In this document: piece after piece, positions 36,976 to 46,447 of the stretch
Numbering within the stretch: position 1 is the first letter of the stretch
How the letters are laid out: each line of letters begins with the position of its first letter
Assembly (NCBI GenBank): GCA_965263035.1
Contig: OZ253580.1
Coordinates: forward strand, 3,264,001-3,328,000
DNA length: 64,000 nt
Reading direction: 5' to 3'
From: Acidobacteriota bacterium
GTDB lineage: Bacteria > Acidobacteriota > UBA6911 > RPQK01 > JAJDTT01
The notes under the pieces: model-generated
Told to the model about the DNA's origin: nothing
Database searches by the model: none
What the model saw: the letters and a program-made list of their open reading frames with translations, nothing else
Program-made: the position numbers and the translations under genes

Positions 36976-37266
36976 ATGGTCCGGTCTTTTCTCTGCGCCG
37001 TATTGTTGCTCACGCTCCTTCAACCCGCCTGCTTCTGGCGGAAGAAACCCATCGAAGAAAGGGTCTTCGACGTCTATGGGACGGTGGAGTCCATCACCCC
37101 GGACGAGTTGGTCGTCACCGCCCGCAAGAAGGGCCGCCTCACCTTCGCCATGACCGACGCCTCCATCAAGGGAGGGGAATTCGGACCCGGCGCCTACGTC
37201 CACACCTACTACAAGCTCAAGGGGGACGTGAAGGAGGTGACCATGGTCGTCGAGAAAATCGATTGA
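36976..37266 (+). CDS. Small putative lipoprotein
   Basis: Hydrophobic leader ending in QPAC. TGCTAGAAT lies 7 nt upstream of the ATG. Confidence 0.8.
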   Translation: MVRSFLCAVLLLTLLQPACFWRKKPIEERVFDVYGTVESITPDELVVTARKKGRLTFAMTDASIKGGEFGPGAYVHTYYKLKGDVKEVTMVVEKID

Positions 37267-37283
37267 CACTGAACCGGGAGGCC

Positions 37284-38081
37284 ATGAGCGGACCGATTCG
37301 ACTCCCCGAGGATTTCGATCGTTACCTGGCGATACCCAACGGCGAGGCTCGCTTGGAAGAGGCCTTGGAAGTGGGGGAAAAGATGGCCGGGGCCGGGATT
37401 CCCCTGCTTCCCAATCCGGACCATGCGGCCGTCTTCAGCGATCCTCCGCATCTGGTCGCCGGACCGCTGAGGGAACTGGGGTATGTGGCCGGATGGGACA
37501 CTCGCTGCTACCCCTCACCGGTGGACGGCCACGACTACATCAACGTTCCTTCGGGCCTGCCGGGAAACAGCGCCGCCAGAGACCGGGGCTGGTTCGACTA
37601 CGTCGCCGTGGTCCATCCGGTCGATGAGTCGGCCCGGGATCACATGCTCCGGCAGGGACACGGCAATCCATTCATCCATCACATCACGTGGGGTATCCAG
37701 CCGCCGGATTCAGGAGGTTCGGAAGATTCTCTGGAGCGAGCCGGCCGGATCATCTCCTTCATGGCTGAAGTCAGGACCCGGATCCCAGGCTTGCTGGCCT
37801 CGGAGCCGGGAACGCTGATCATGGCCCTTCCCCGGGAGATCGCCGAAAACCCGGAGTTGGAACGCCGGCTACCCGATTGGCTCGGTGATTTGACGGAGGA
37901 GGATTACCAGATCGAGACCATGCAGGGAGGCGGGTTCCTGCTTCAGTTCTTCGTCCTGACCGGCGGCAGAATCGAGGTCGCCCTTCGCTCCGGCACACGG
38001 CAGACCTTCAACCCCAAGAGCGTCCACAAGATCTCCCGCGACGAGATCAGCACCGATCAGATCGACAAACCTCAGATGTGA
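37284..38081 (+). CDS. Hypothetical protein, possibly HPPD-like VOC-fold metalloenzyme
   Basis: GGAGG RBS; PDHAAVF, PFIHHITW and FLLQFF...RIEVALR...TFNPKSV. Confidence 0.75.
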   Translation: MSGPIRLPEDFDRYLAIPNGEARLEEALEVGEKMAGAGIPLLPNPDHAAVFSDPPHLVAGPLRELGYVAGWDTRCYPSPVDGHDYINVPSGLPGNSAARDRGWFDYVAVVHPVDESARDHMLRQGHGNPFIHHITWGIQPPDSGGSEDSLERAGRIISFMAEVRTRIPGLLASEPGTLIMALPREIAENPELERRLPDWLGDLTEEDYQIETMQGGGFLLQFFVLTGGRIEVALRSGTRQTFNPKSVHKISRDEISTDQIDKPQM

Positions 38082-38093
38082 CGAGCGTTGGCG

Positions 38094-38115
38094 AACCCGG
38101 CGCCGGGTTTTTCTT
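38094..38115 (+). terminator. Intrinsic terminator between convergent genes
   Basis: AACCCGGCGCCGGGTT palindrome followed by TTTCTT. Confidence 0.65.
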
Positions 38116-39527
38116 CACCGGCGTGCGTCCGGGCTTCGGTGGGCGAGTCTGTCTTCACCGAGAACCATCTGGGACTGGTGGTCGGCGACCAGCGTCTCGA
38201 TGCTCTGAATCACGTCCGGGTAGAGGTGGGCCACGTCGTACTGCTCACCGGGGTCCCGGTCCAGGTGGTACAGCAACGGCGGATCGTGGTGCGTCTCGGC
38301 TTCGGTCCGGCCGGTGTAGACCGGCTTGGTGATGAAGTGAGCCTTGAATTCGCCCTGTCGGACGGCGTAGAGCTTCGACTCCCGGTAGAAGAACATGTTC
38401 TTGCGCGGGCTCTCGCCGCTGCCGAACAGAGCCGGAGTCAGATCGTAGCTGTCCATCACCCGGTCGGACGGCAGTTCGGCGCCGGTGAGAGCGCAGAAGG
38501 TGGCGAACAGGTCCAGCGTGGAGCCGATCCCCATCACGACCCCCTTGGCGAGCCGCCCCGGCCACCAGAAAATGGTGGGTTCCCGCATACCCCCTTCCCA
38601 GGTCGCCCCCTTGCCCTCGCGGAGCAATCCCGCCGAGCCGCCATGCTCTTTGTAGGGAAGCCAGGGGCCGTTGTCCGAGGTGAACACCACCAGCGAGCGC
38701 TCGGCAATGTCCAGGTCGGTGAGGGCCTGCATGATCTGTCCCACGCCGTGGTCGATCTCTTCCACCACGTCGCCGTAAAGACCTCGTTTGCTGGTCCCCA
38801 GGAAGCCCTCCGACGCGAACAGCGGCACGTGGGGCAGGTTGTGGGCCAGATAGAGGAAGAAAGGCCGCTCCCGGTTCTCCCGAATGAACCGGACCGCTTC
38901 TTCGGAATACCGCTTGGTGATGGTCCGCTGGTCGGCCGGCCGTTCCACGACCTCCCGGTTTCGGAGCAGGGGGACGTTCCAATACTCGACTCGCGCCCTC
39001 TTCACCAGATCCCGGGTCGATCCTTTCCGCGTCTGGTCCATGTCGTTGGAATAGGGGATGCCGAAGTAGGAATCGAAGCCGTTGTTGGTGGGCAGATATT
39101 GGGGCAGGTGCCCAAGGTGCCACTTCCCGACGCAGCCGGTGGCGTAACCTTCAGCCCGGAGCGCCTCCGCCAGCGTGACCTCGTTTGCGGGAATTCCGCT
39201 TGCGGAATCGGGGAACAGCACCCGGTTCTTCGGACTCATCATGCCGTTGCGCACCGGCAGCCGTCCCGTGAGGAGAGCGGCTCGGCTGGGGGTGCAGACG
39301 CTGGCGGCCGCGTAGAAGTGAGTCCACTTCTGCCCCTCCTGGGCCATACGGTCCAGATTCGGAGTCCGAATGGTGGGATGCCCGAAGCTGCCCAGGTCTC
39401 CGTACCCCAGGTCGTCGCAGAAGATGACGATCAGGTTGGGCCGGAGTGCCTCAGGTGGTGCTTGGCAGGAGAGAAGCGAGAGCGTCAGGATCAGAAACGA
39501 GGACACGGCAAATTGAGGATGTCTCAT
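38115..39527 (-). CDS. Arylsulfatase A-like Cys-type sulfatase
   Basis: DDLGYGD, CTPSRAALLTGR, GKWHLG, PHVP and FTSDNG; lipoprotein-like leader. Confidence 0.95.
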   Translation of the reverse strand: MRHPQFAVSSFLILTLSLLSCQAPPEALRPNLIVIFCDDLGYGDLGSFGHPTIRTPNLDRMAQEGQKWTHFYAAASVCTPSRAALLTGRLPVRNGMMSPKNRVLFPDSASGIPANEVTLAEALRAEGYATGCVGKWHLGHLPQYLPTNNGFDSYFGIPYSNDMDQTRKGSTRDLVKRARVEYWNVPLLRNREVVERPADQRTITKRYSEEAVRFIRENRERPFFLYLAHNLPHVPLFASEGFLGTSKRGLYGDVVEEIDHGVGQIMQALTDLDIAERSLVVFTSDNGPWLPYKEHGGSAGLLREGKGATWEGGMREPTIFWWPGRLAKGVVMGIGSTLDLFATFCALTGAELPSDRVMDSYDLTPALFGSGESPRKNMFFYRESKLYAVRQGEFKAHFITKPVYTGRTEAETHHDPPLLYHLDRDPGEQYDVAHLYPDVIQSIETLVADHQSQMVLGEDRLAHRSPDARR

Positions 39528-39604
39528 GAATGAATCTCTCTACTCCAGGGTGGCATGCGAAGCGGCCCTGACCACGGCATCCACGTAACGCTCCAAAGCC
39601 TTGC

Positions 39605-41890
39605 TCAATACCGGCGAACCCGGGAAATCCGGATCTCGCCGATCTGTCCGAAGAAATTCCCAAACCCCAGCCAATTGAAGTTCCCGCCGTACCGGGCGCG
39701 TCCGTTGAGACGGCTCCCCACCGAGAACTGAGCCAGATGCCTTCGATTGTTGACCAGCCTGTGGCCGTCCGGGCTCTTCATTTCCCAGATCAACCGGCCG
39801 TCCAGGAAGAGTTGGTGGAGGTCCTCGGCGTAGGAGTACTGCCAGGCGATGTGGTGCCAGGCGGTGTCGCGGATCCCCACCCATCCTGGTGCCGCTACCG
39901 TTCCCTCGGGACGGCTGTAAGGATGCAGGTCCCTGAGGGCCTGCTCCGGCTCGGCCCCGAAAAAGTGGACCCCCGGCGCCATGCCACCGTCGAACGTACC
40001 CTGATCGGAAAGATAGAGCTCCCAGACTCCCCGTTCGGTGTTGTCGTAGGTGCCGCAGACGTGGCCGTAGTGAAACTCCCGAAAGTAGCCGTCGATGGGG
40101 CCGGCCCTGCGGACCCACGCCTCCACCGTCCACTCGGTATCGAGGGTCTGAAGATCCACCTTCCGGTTCCACTGGGGCCCGACGAAGCCCCCTTCACCGC
40201 CGCCGATGAAATGGGGATAACGTCCCCAGCCCGGCCGGGGCAGGCGTGTGTCTCCCTTGGTGTTGACCCAGGTCAGAGTCAATTCCGAATCTCCCGTCAG
40301 GTCCGGAATGTACCGGCCGCTGGGTCCCTGCCAATCCCAGAGGGCGACGGTCTGGTCGTCGGGTCCGATCCGCCGGAGCTGTGCGGGAGCGACCTTCAAT
40401 TCGAACCGTCTCGATGCCGTCTGGCCCGCCGCATCGGTGGCCTCGAGCCGAATGCTTCCGAGCTCCAGAGCCGTCGGGTCGCCCTGGATCTCACCCTGCT
40501 TCGGGTCGAGGGAGATCCCCACCGGCAAGCTTCCCTCCGTCATCCGCCAGGTCACCGGCTCCACCGTATGGAGAGTCTCAAGTGTCTGGCGGTACGGAGT
40601 CCCGATGAAACCGACGGGGAGGGAGGAGGTGACCACCTCGGCCGCCGAAACGGTGACGGCGAAGGTGTGCTCGTCGTCGTTCCCGGCCGAATCGGTCGCT
40701 CGCAGCGTGAAGGAACGTTCCTTGACGGGTTCCGCCGGCTGGCCTTCCAAGGTCCCCGCAGCCTCGTTGAAGGTCAATCCATCCGGCAGCTTTCCCCCGA
40801 TATGCTCCCAGCGGATGTTCCCCCGGGCCGCATCGGTGGAGAATTTCACGGCGTAGGGGGCGTGCAACCCGGCTTCCGGAAGCAGCCGCCGGACGATGGC
40901 CAGTTTCTCGGCCACCGGGTAGCGCATGACGTCGGAGATGCGGAGCTCGTCCACCTCCCCTTCGAAATCGTAGGTCTTGACGTGGTAGGGCGGGTCCAGC
41001 GAATTGACGATCCCACCGACCATGAAGGGGATGTCGTTGCGTTCGGCGTCATTGATCACATGCCGGCTCGGGGTGATCTTCCAGATCAGCTTTCCATCCA
41101 GGAAAAGATAGTGGGTCTGGTCTTGGTAACGGAACTGCCAGGCCACGTGGCGCCATTCCGGGTTCTGAATGGCGTCGGCGTGGACCAGGGTTCCGGAACC
41201 GGCCTTGCGTCCCGCGTAGACATAGCCACCGGTGTCGCTGTGAGGCGCCCGCTTCTGCGAACCGATGAACCGGGCCGCCGGCAGCAACCCGGGCTGAACC
41301 GGCCATTCGTCCAACCAGGAGTGCAGGCTGAAATCCCATCCGCCACGGACCCCGGGCGGCAGGCTGAAGCCCTCGTCGTCGGTCCCGCAGATCTTGGCGA
41401 AGGGTCCCGCGGTTCCGGAACCGAGCGGCCGATAGGAAGCCGGATGGTTCAAGCGGATTCCGCTCAGGGCGAATCCGTCATAGCGCACCCAGGCCTCCAC
41501 CGTCCAAGCCTCGGTGCAGGTGCGCAACTCCAGCTTGTCGTTGTTCACCGGTCCGATCCGCAGATTGGCGTCGTCCTCGCGAACGGTGAACCGGGCCGTG
41601 GAGCCGAATCCGGGACGGGTCCCCCACAGGGCCTTCTTGTGGGTCTTCAGAGTCAGGGCCGGATCGCCCATGGCGTCGTGGGCTTCCTCGCCGGTTCCCT
41701 CGTCGAAGTGGTACAGGACCACGGTGTTCGGGTCGGGGCGGAAGGGCTCGCGCAACGAGGCCGGCAGGGAGCCGGTGGCAGGCACGGAGAGGGCCCACGA
41801 TCCGAGCAATGCCGCCGGACCGATCCAACCCACCCAATTCAGGGATCCCCACAGAGTCGGTTTCCGATTCTCCGAATGCATGACAGACAT
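39605..41890 (-). CDS. Secreted protein with two LamG-like domains flanking putative Ig (He_PIG) repeats
   Basis: Duplicated WTVEAWVR, WxHxAWQ, LFLDG and ExRIS motifs; GxLPxG...G.P repeats between them. Confidence 0.85.
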   Translation of the reverse strand: MSVMHSENRKPTLWGSLNWVGWIGPAALLGSWALSVPATGSLPASLREPFRPDPNTVVLYHFDEGTGEEAHDAMGDPALTLKTHKKALWGTRPGFGSTARFTVREDDANLRIGPVNNDKLELRTCTEAWTVEAWVRYDGFALSGIRLNHPASYRPLGSGTAGPFAKICGTDDEGFSLPPGVRGGWDFSLHSWLDEWPVQPGLLPAARFIGSQKRAPHSDTGGYVYAGRKAGSGTLVHADAIQNPEWRHVAWQFRYQDQTHYLFLDGKLIWKITPSRHVINDAERNDIPFMVGGIVNSLDPPYHVKTYDFEGEVDELRISDVMRYPVAEKLAIVRRLLPEAGLHAPYAVKFSTDAARGNIRWEHIGGKLPDGLTFNEAAGTLEGQPAEPVKERSFTLRATDSAGNDDEHTFAVTVSAAEVVTSSLPVGFIGTPYRQTLETLHTVEPVTWRMTEGSLPVGISLDPKQGEIQGDPTALELGSIRLEATDAAGQTASRRFELKVAPAQLRRIGPDDQTVALWDWQGPSGRYIPDLTGDSELTLTWVNTKGDTRLPRPGWGRYPHFIGGGEGGFVGPQWNRKVDLQTLDTEWTVEAWVRRAGPIDGYFREFHYGHVCGTYDNTERGVWELYLSDQGTFDGGMAPGVHFFGAEPEQALRDLHPYSRPEGTVAAPGWVGIRDTAWHHIAWQYSYAEDLHQLFLDGRLIWEMKSPDGHRLVNNRRHLAQFSVGSRLNGRARYGGNFNWLGFGNFFGQIGEIRISRVRRY

Positions 41891-41980
41891 TCAAGAATCC
41901 AGGTAGAGAGATGTCAACAGCCCCCGTGCGGGACTGTCCAGGATCGTATACCCTGAACCCAAAGCCGCGGGAATCCAGTG

Positions 41981-43897
41981 ATGAATCCTCATTCCAAAGC
42001 CTTTGTCCTGGTTTTTTGCATCGCTTCCATAGCCTTGCCGTCGTCCGGCTGCCAGACCGGAGCGCCGCCCTCCGAAACCGCCCGGAGCGATCCCCAACGC
42101 CTTGAGTTCACCCGGATGATCGTCCACTGGACCCGGTACGTGGAACCCGGCTACCTGGATTTCGTCCGGGAGGCCGAGCCGGAGATCGCCCAGGTCGGCT
42201 TCTACGGCGCCGACTTCTGGTCCATCGCCCATCTCCCGGACAAGAACAAGGGCGTCACCGGCCCCCTGCTGCCCATCCATGCCGGGGTGGTCGAGGCTCA
42301 GGACCCCGCCGAGCGGATCCGGCTGAGCGGCGACTACTTCCAGGAGCTCAACCGTGAGCTCAAGCAACGCGGAGTGAAACCCATCGGACACTTCGACGTC
42401 GCCAAGTACCTGCTGGGGCGGCCGGACCAGTCGGGCCGGCCCAGGGACGGTTTTTTCAAGTTCTACGAAGAGCTCTGGGACGAGAAGGAGCTGGGCCCGA
42501 AACCGGTGGCGGACCCCTTGGAGCTCTTGTCCAAGAATCGGGATGGGTCTCCCTACATCAGTTTCGATGAGGACGCCGCGCCTTACACCGTCTATTGGGG
42601 CTGCCTGGCCAACCCCCACTGGCGCCGGGTGTTGAAGGCCTGGGTCAAGCGGGGGATCGAACGGGGATTGGACGGCTTCCAGATCAACTACTTTTATCGG
42701 GTCGACTGCCACTGCCGCTATTGCGTGCACGGCTTCAAGGCTCATCTGGCGTCCCGCTACGATCCGGAGGAGCTGCGCCGCCGGTTCGGAATCGAAGACC
42801 TTGAGGCTCATCAATTCAGTGAGATCGTCTCCCGGCATCGTCCCGCCGAGACGACCCCGTTGCGCCTGGAGATGCAGCTCTTCTCGGACCTGGTCAACAA
42901 GGAGGCCTTCGACGACGTCTTCCACCAGTACGGCCGTTCCCTCAAGCCGGACCTGATCACCTCCATCTGGGGCCACAGCTCCCAGGATTTCGGGAATCCG
43001 CCCACCGGGAACAACGACGAGCGGATGATGCTCCCCTCCGAACTCTGGGGAGAGGACGAGAGCTACCTCTGGTACTGCCTGGGCCGGCAGGAACCGACGC
43101 TGCAACTGCGTTACATCCGGGGCGCCTTCGACGACAAGCCGTACACGGTCTGCCATTACGAAAAGGTCAAGATCCGGGCCTCCATGGCCGAGCTCATGGC
43201 CAACGGCGGAGCGCCCATGGCCCGGTACATCGATTTCACCGATCCGGCGGCCAAGCAGGAATTCGTGCGCTACTACCAGTTCCTGAAGCGGTATGATTCA
43301 GTCTTTCGCGCCAATCGGCCCTACGGCGAGGTCCTGCTGGCGCACCCCCGCAGCCACAACCACCAGGGCCGGTTGCTCCCGGCCATGACGGCATTTCAGA
43401 AGATCGGACATCACCTGATGGACCGTCACGTGCTCTTTGACGTGGTCCCGGACGAGATCATCCGGCCGGAGCAGAGGAGCGCCTACCGCCGGGTCTACGA
43501 GATCGACTCCGCCGAGGGAATGGAGACGGAGAACTTCGGGGACTTGAGCCGCTTCCAGGCTCCGGCGACGGTGCGGGTCTCGGCCAGCCGGCCCGCCGGA
43601 GGAGGCGAGGTGACACTGCACTTCGTGAACTACGACCGGGAAGCCGGCCCGGAGGGCTATGCAGGAACCGGGATCGCCGACGAGAACCCCATCGCCGTCG
43701 ACGGAATCGGCGTCGACTTCGTGGTGCCGGCGGCTTCCCGAGTGGTGAAGGTGGAAGCGTTGTCGCCGGAGCGGCCGGAGCCGCAGACGGTTGCCATTCA
43801 GGTCGACGGCGGCCGGCTTCGGTTCACCCTGCCGGAGTTCCTGGTCTACGGCATGGCTCGCATCCACCTGGAGCCGATCCTGTCGGCCCGGCGGTAG
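41981..43897 (+). CDS. Secreted or lipoprotein glycoside hydrolase-like TIM-barrel protein
   Basis: GCLANPHW, GLDGFQIN, CHCRYC Zn-like motif and LHFVNY C-terminal domain, reminiscent of GH42/GHL proteins. Confidence 0.75.
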   Translation: MNPHSKAFVLVFCIASIALPSSGCQTGAPPSETARSDPQRLEFTRMIVHWTRYVEPGYLDFVREAEPEIAQVGFYGADFWSIAHLPDKNKGVTGPLLPIHAGVVEAQDPAERIRLSGDYFQELNRELKQRGVKPIGHFDVAKYLLGRPDQSGRPRDGFFKFYEELWDEKELGPKPVADPLELLSKNRDGSPYISFDEDAAPYTVYWGCLANPHWRRVLKAWVKRGIERGLDGFQINYFYRVDCHCRYCVHGFKAHLASRYDPEELRRRFGIEDLEAHQFSEIVSRHRPAETTPLRLEMQLFSDLVNKEAFDDVFHQYGRSLKPDLITSIWGHSSQDFGNPPTGNNDERMMLPSELWGEDESYLWYCLGRQEPTLQLRYIRGAFDDKPYTVCHYEKVKIRASMAELMANGGAPMARYIDFTDPAAKQEFVRYYQFLKRYDSVFRANRPYGEVLLAHPRSHNHQGRLLPAMTAFQKIGHHLMDRHVLFDVVPDEIIRPEQRSAYRRVYEIDSAEGMETENFGDLSRFQAPATVRVSASRPAGGGEVTLHFVNYDREAGPEGYAGTGIADENPIAVDGIGVDFVVPAASRVVKVEALSPERPEPQTVAIQVDGGRLRFTLPEFLVYGMARIHLEPILSARR

Positions 43898-43975
43898 ACT
43901 CGCCAGTCTTCCGAAGCCACGTATCGATGGGAGCAACCGGAAGAAAATGGCAAACGAACACGAAAGGGAAACGGC

Positions 43976-45196
43976 ATGAACGGAGCCATCTCAGCCCAGG
44001 AATTCGAGTCCAGGCACGAGCGGGTCCGGGAATTTCTGCGGGAACGGGACCTGGGCGCTCTCTTCGTCTATTCGCCCCCCGCGGAGCACAAATGGGGCCA
44101 GACCGCCCATGTGGCCTATCTCTCGGGCTGGGCCAACCACGATCGCATCGTGGACTCGGTGGTGGTAGTCCCGGTCTCCGGACCGCCGGCACTCCTGTTT
44201 GCGGGCATTCAGTACATGCAGGAGCAGGTGCAGGAGGTGTCGCCGCTGGAAGATATCCGTCTGGTCCAAGCCGTCGATCCGCATGCGGTCGCCGTCGCCC
44301 GGGGACGGGGCAAGGGACCTCGCGACTTTGCTGCCGAAACCGTCGCCATCCTGGAGGAGAACGGAGTCGGGGATAAGGACGTAGGTATCGTCGGGATTCA
44401 GAACATGCCGCTGGCTTTCTACGAGGCATTGGCCGCCGGGCTCGGGTCCAAGCTCCGCCGGGTGGACGACGTGGTCGCCCGGCTGCGCGGCGTCAAGTCG
44501 CCGGCCGAAGTGGGATTGATGAAACGGGCGGCCGAGTTGAGCGATCTGGGTTTCCGGACCATGCTCGAAGTGGCCCGGCCCGGAATGCGGGGCATCGAAG
44601 TCCTGGCCGAGATGGAGCGCGTCGTCCGCCGCGAGGGGGCCGACCACGCCAAATACTGGATGGCGTCGGGGCCGCCCACCGATTGGAGCGAGACCCGTTT
44701 GGACATCAAGCCCCATGAGCGAGTGCTGGGGGAGGGGGACCTGATGGCCTCCTGTTCCTACGTGGTCTACAAGGGTTACTGGTGCCACGGTCAACGGACC
44801 GGAACCCTGGTCCGTCCCTCAGCAAAGTTGGAGGAGATCTTTCGAACGGCGCGGGAATGCCAGGACGCCGGACTGGAGCATCTCCGAGCCGGAGTCCCCA
44901 TCGCCCGGGTCGCCAAGACCATCGGCGACCTGGCCGCCCGGCGCGGGATGCCGCTGATGGGAGGACGCATCGGCCACGGGATCGGAATGGACTACAGCGA
45001 GCAGCCGGCGCCCCTCACCGAAGCCAACCAGGAGCTGCTGGAAGAGGGCATGACCTGCGTGATCCACGCGGCCTACACACTGCCCGGTTCAGGCAAGATG
45101 TTCGTGCCGCTGGGCGACGTCTGTCAGGTGACGGAGAGCGGCCCCGAATTCCTGATGAGCTTCACCCGAAACCTGTTTCTGGCGGGGCAGGGGTAA
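43976..45196 (+). CDS. M24 family (creatinase/Xaa-Pro peptidase fold) protein
   Basis: Creatinase_N-like start, LRGVKSPAEV and GHGIG. Confidence 0.88.
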   Translation: MNGAISAQEFESRHERVREFLRERDLGALFVYSPPAEHKWGQTAHVAYLSGWANHDRIVDSVVVVPVSGPPALLFAGIQYMQEQVQEVSPLEDIRLVQAVDPHAVAVARGRGKGPRDFAAETVAILEENGVGDKDVGIVGIQNMPLAFYEALAAGLGSKLRRVDDVVARLRGVKSPAEVGLMKRAAELSDLGFRTMLEVARPGMRGIEVLAEMERVVRREGADHAKYWMASGPPTDWSETRLDIKPHERVLGEGDLMASCSYVVYKGYWCHGQRTGTLVRPSAKLEEIFRTARECQDAGLEHLRAGVPIARVAKTIGDLAARRGMPLMGGRIGHGIGMDYSEQPAPLTEANQELLEEGMTCVIHAAYTLPGSGKMFVPLGDVCQVTESGPEFLMSFTRNLFLAGQG

Positions 45197-45250
45197 CGAG
45201 ACGGGATTTGGGGGAACCCCGCCGTCAGCCGTTCGCGGCCGAAAAATCGG

Positions 45251-45571
45251 TCAGCGGACCCTCACCGCCGTGCCGCTGGCGGTGACCATGAGCATGCTTC
45301 CACCCTTCCCCACGACTTCGTAGTCGAGATCGATGCCGACCACGGCGTCTCCGCCTCTCCGGCGGGCCACGTCCGCCATCTCGTCGAGGGCGATCTCGCG
45401 GGCCCGCTGAAGCTCCTTCTCATAGGCCGCGGACCGCCCGCCGACGATGTCTCGAATGCCGGCGAAAAAATCCCGGAAGATATTGGCGCCGACGATCGCC
45501 TCTCCCGTGACGATTCCGCAGTATTCGCGGATGGTTTTGCCTTCGATGCTTTGAGTCGTGGTCATGATCAT
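45251..45571 (-). CDS. ybjQ: UPF0145/YbjQ family protein
   Basis: [25 protein letters not shown] and [11 protein letters not shown]. Confidence 0.95.
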   Translation of the reverse strand: MIMTTTQSIEGKTIREYCGIVTGEAIVGANIFRDFFAGIRDIVGGRSAAYEKELQRAREIALDEMADVARRRGGDAVVGIDLDYEVVGKGGSMLMVTASGTAVRVR

Positions 45572-45729
45572 GGGTTGGGCTCCTTGTCAAAACGGCGCCG
45601 CAAGTATCTGAATTGCGACTGGCGGATGCAACCGGTTCTTGAGGTGGACTGTCCCCGTTTTACGGGTGGAGCGCCCGCTTTTCCGGGTTGCGGATATCCC
45701 GGCATAGTGCGGAGGCTTTTCGTAGCGAC

Positions 45730-46392
45730 TCAATCCACGACGGGATAATAGGGCGGGCCCCAACCGCCGTCCGGGTGATCCATCATCAGATCAATGAAAT
45801 GCGGAACGAGAAAGGCCATGATGTTCGCTCCGTCCCGGACCTGACGCCGATTCACCCCGCTGTTCCAGGTCGCTCCTCCATGAAAGAGTTGATTCCTCAG
45901 AACGTAGAGCCGGTCGAACAGAATACTCAGAACGACCCGTGTGTCCTGGCGGGCAAGCGCACGCCCGATCAGCTTCTGGTCTCGGATGAAGAAGTTCTCC
46001 CAATTACCGTACCCTGGCATCTGATTGTGGTGTCTCCAAAACGGCTGAAACACATATCTGTTGTTCAGGAGCAACCGGATCGGACCCGAAAACGTCGACC
46101 AGATGGCATCGTAGATTGTCCGGTCGGCATCGAATCTGACGATCTTTTCGAAATACTCGCCGAACAGCTCACGCTCCTCGGCTCCGTACGACTCGGGAAT
46201 GTCTTTCGCATATGCTGCGTTGAAGGCAATCCAGTAGAAGATGAAGGTGGCGTCGATGTCCTCCGCTTCCTTCTCGGCGCGCTCGATCCAACTCAGCGAG
46301 CGGTGCAGGCGCAGCCGAAGACCGCTCGGCAGGCCATCCGAAACGCCGGAAAACTTTGATCTCAGGCTTTCGGTGGTCAACTCGTCCCGCAT
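45730..46392 (-). CDS. Stand-alone HEPN domain protein (Apea-like)
   Basis: HRSLSW, FYWIAFNAAY and LYVLRNQLFHG (R-x4-H); visibly less GC-rich than its neighbours. Confidence 0.85.
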   Translation of the reverse strand: MRDELTTESLRSKFSGVSDGLPSGLRLRLHRSLSWIERAEKEAEDIDATFIFYWIAFNAAYAKDIPESYGAEERELFGEYFEKIVRFDADRTIYDAIWSTFSGPIRLLLNNRYVFQPFWRHHNQMPGYGNWENFFIRDQKLIGRALARQDTRVVLSILFDRLYVLRNQLFHGGATWNSGVNRRQVRDGANIMAFLVPHFIDLMMDHPDGGWGPPYYPVVD

Positions 46393-46447
46393 GCCCTCCG
46401 GCCTCGAATTGACTGGAACACGACTCGGTCCCTCCTTATCTCCTGAA

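Noticed and set aside
36928-36976. Selenocysteine read-through fusing arsC to the next in-frame ORF
   Set aside because: A second TGA follows four codons later, ArsC is already complete, and the downstream gene has its own promoter-like motif and signal peptide.
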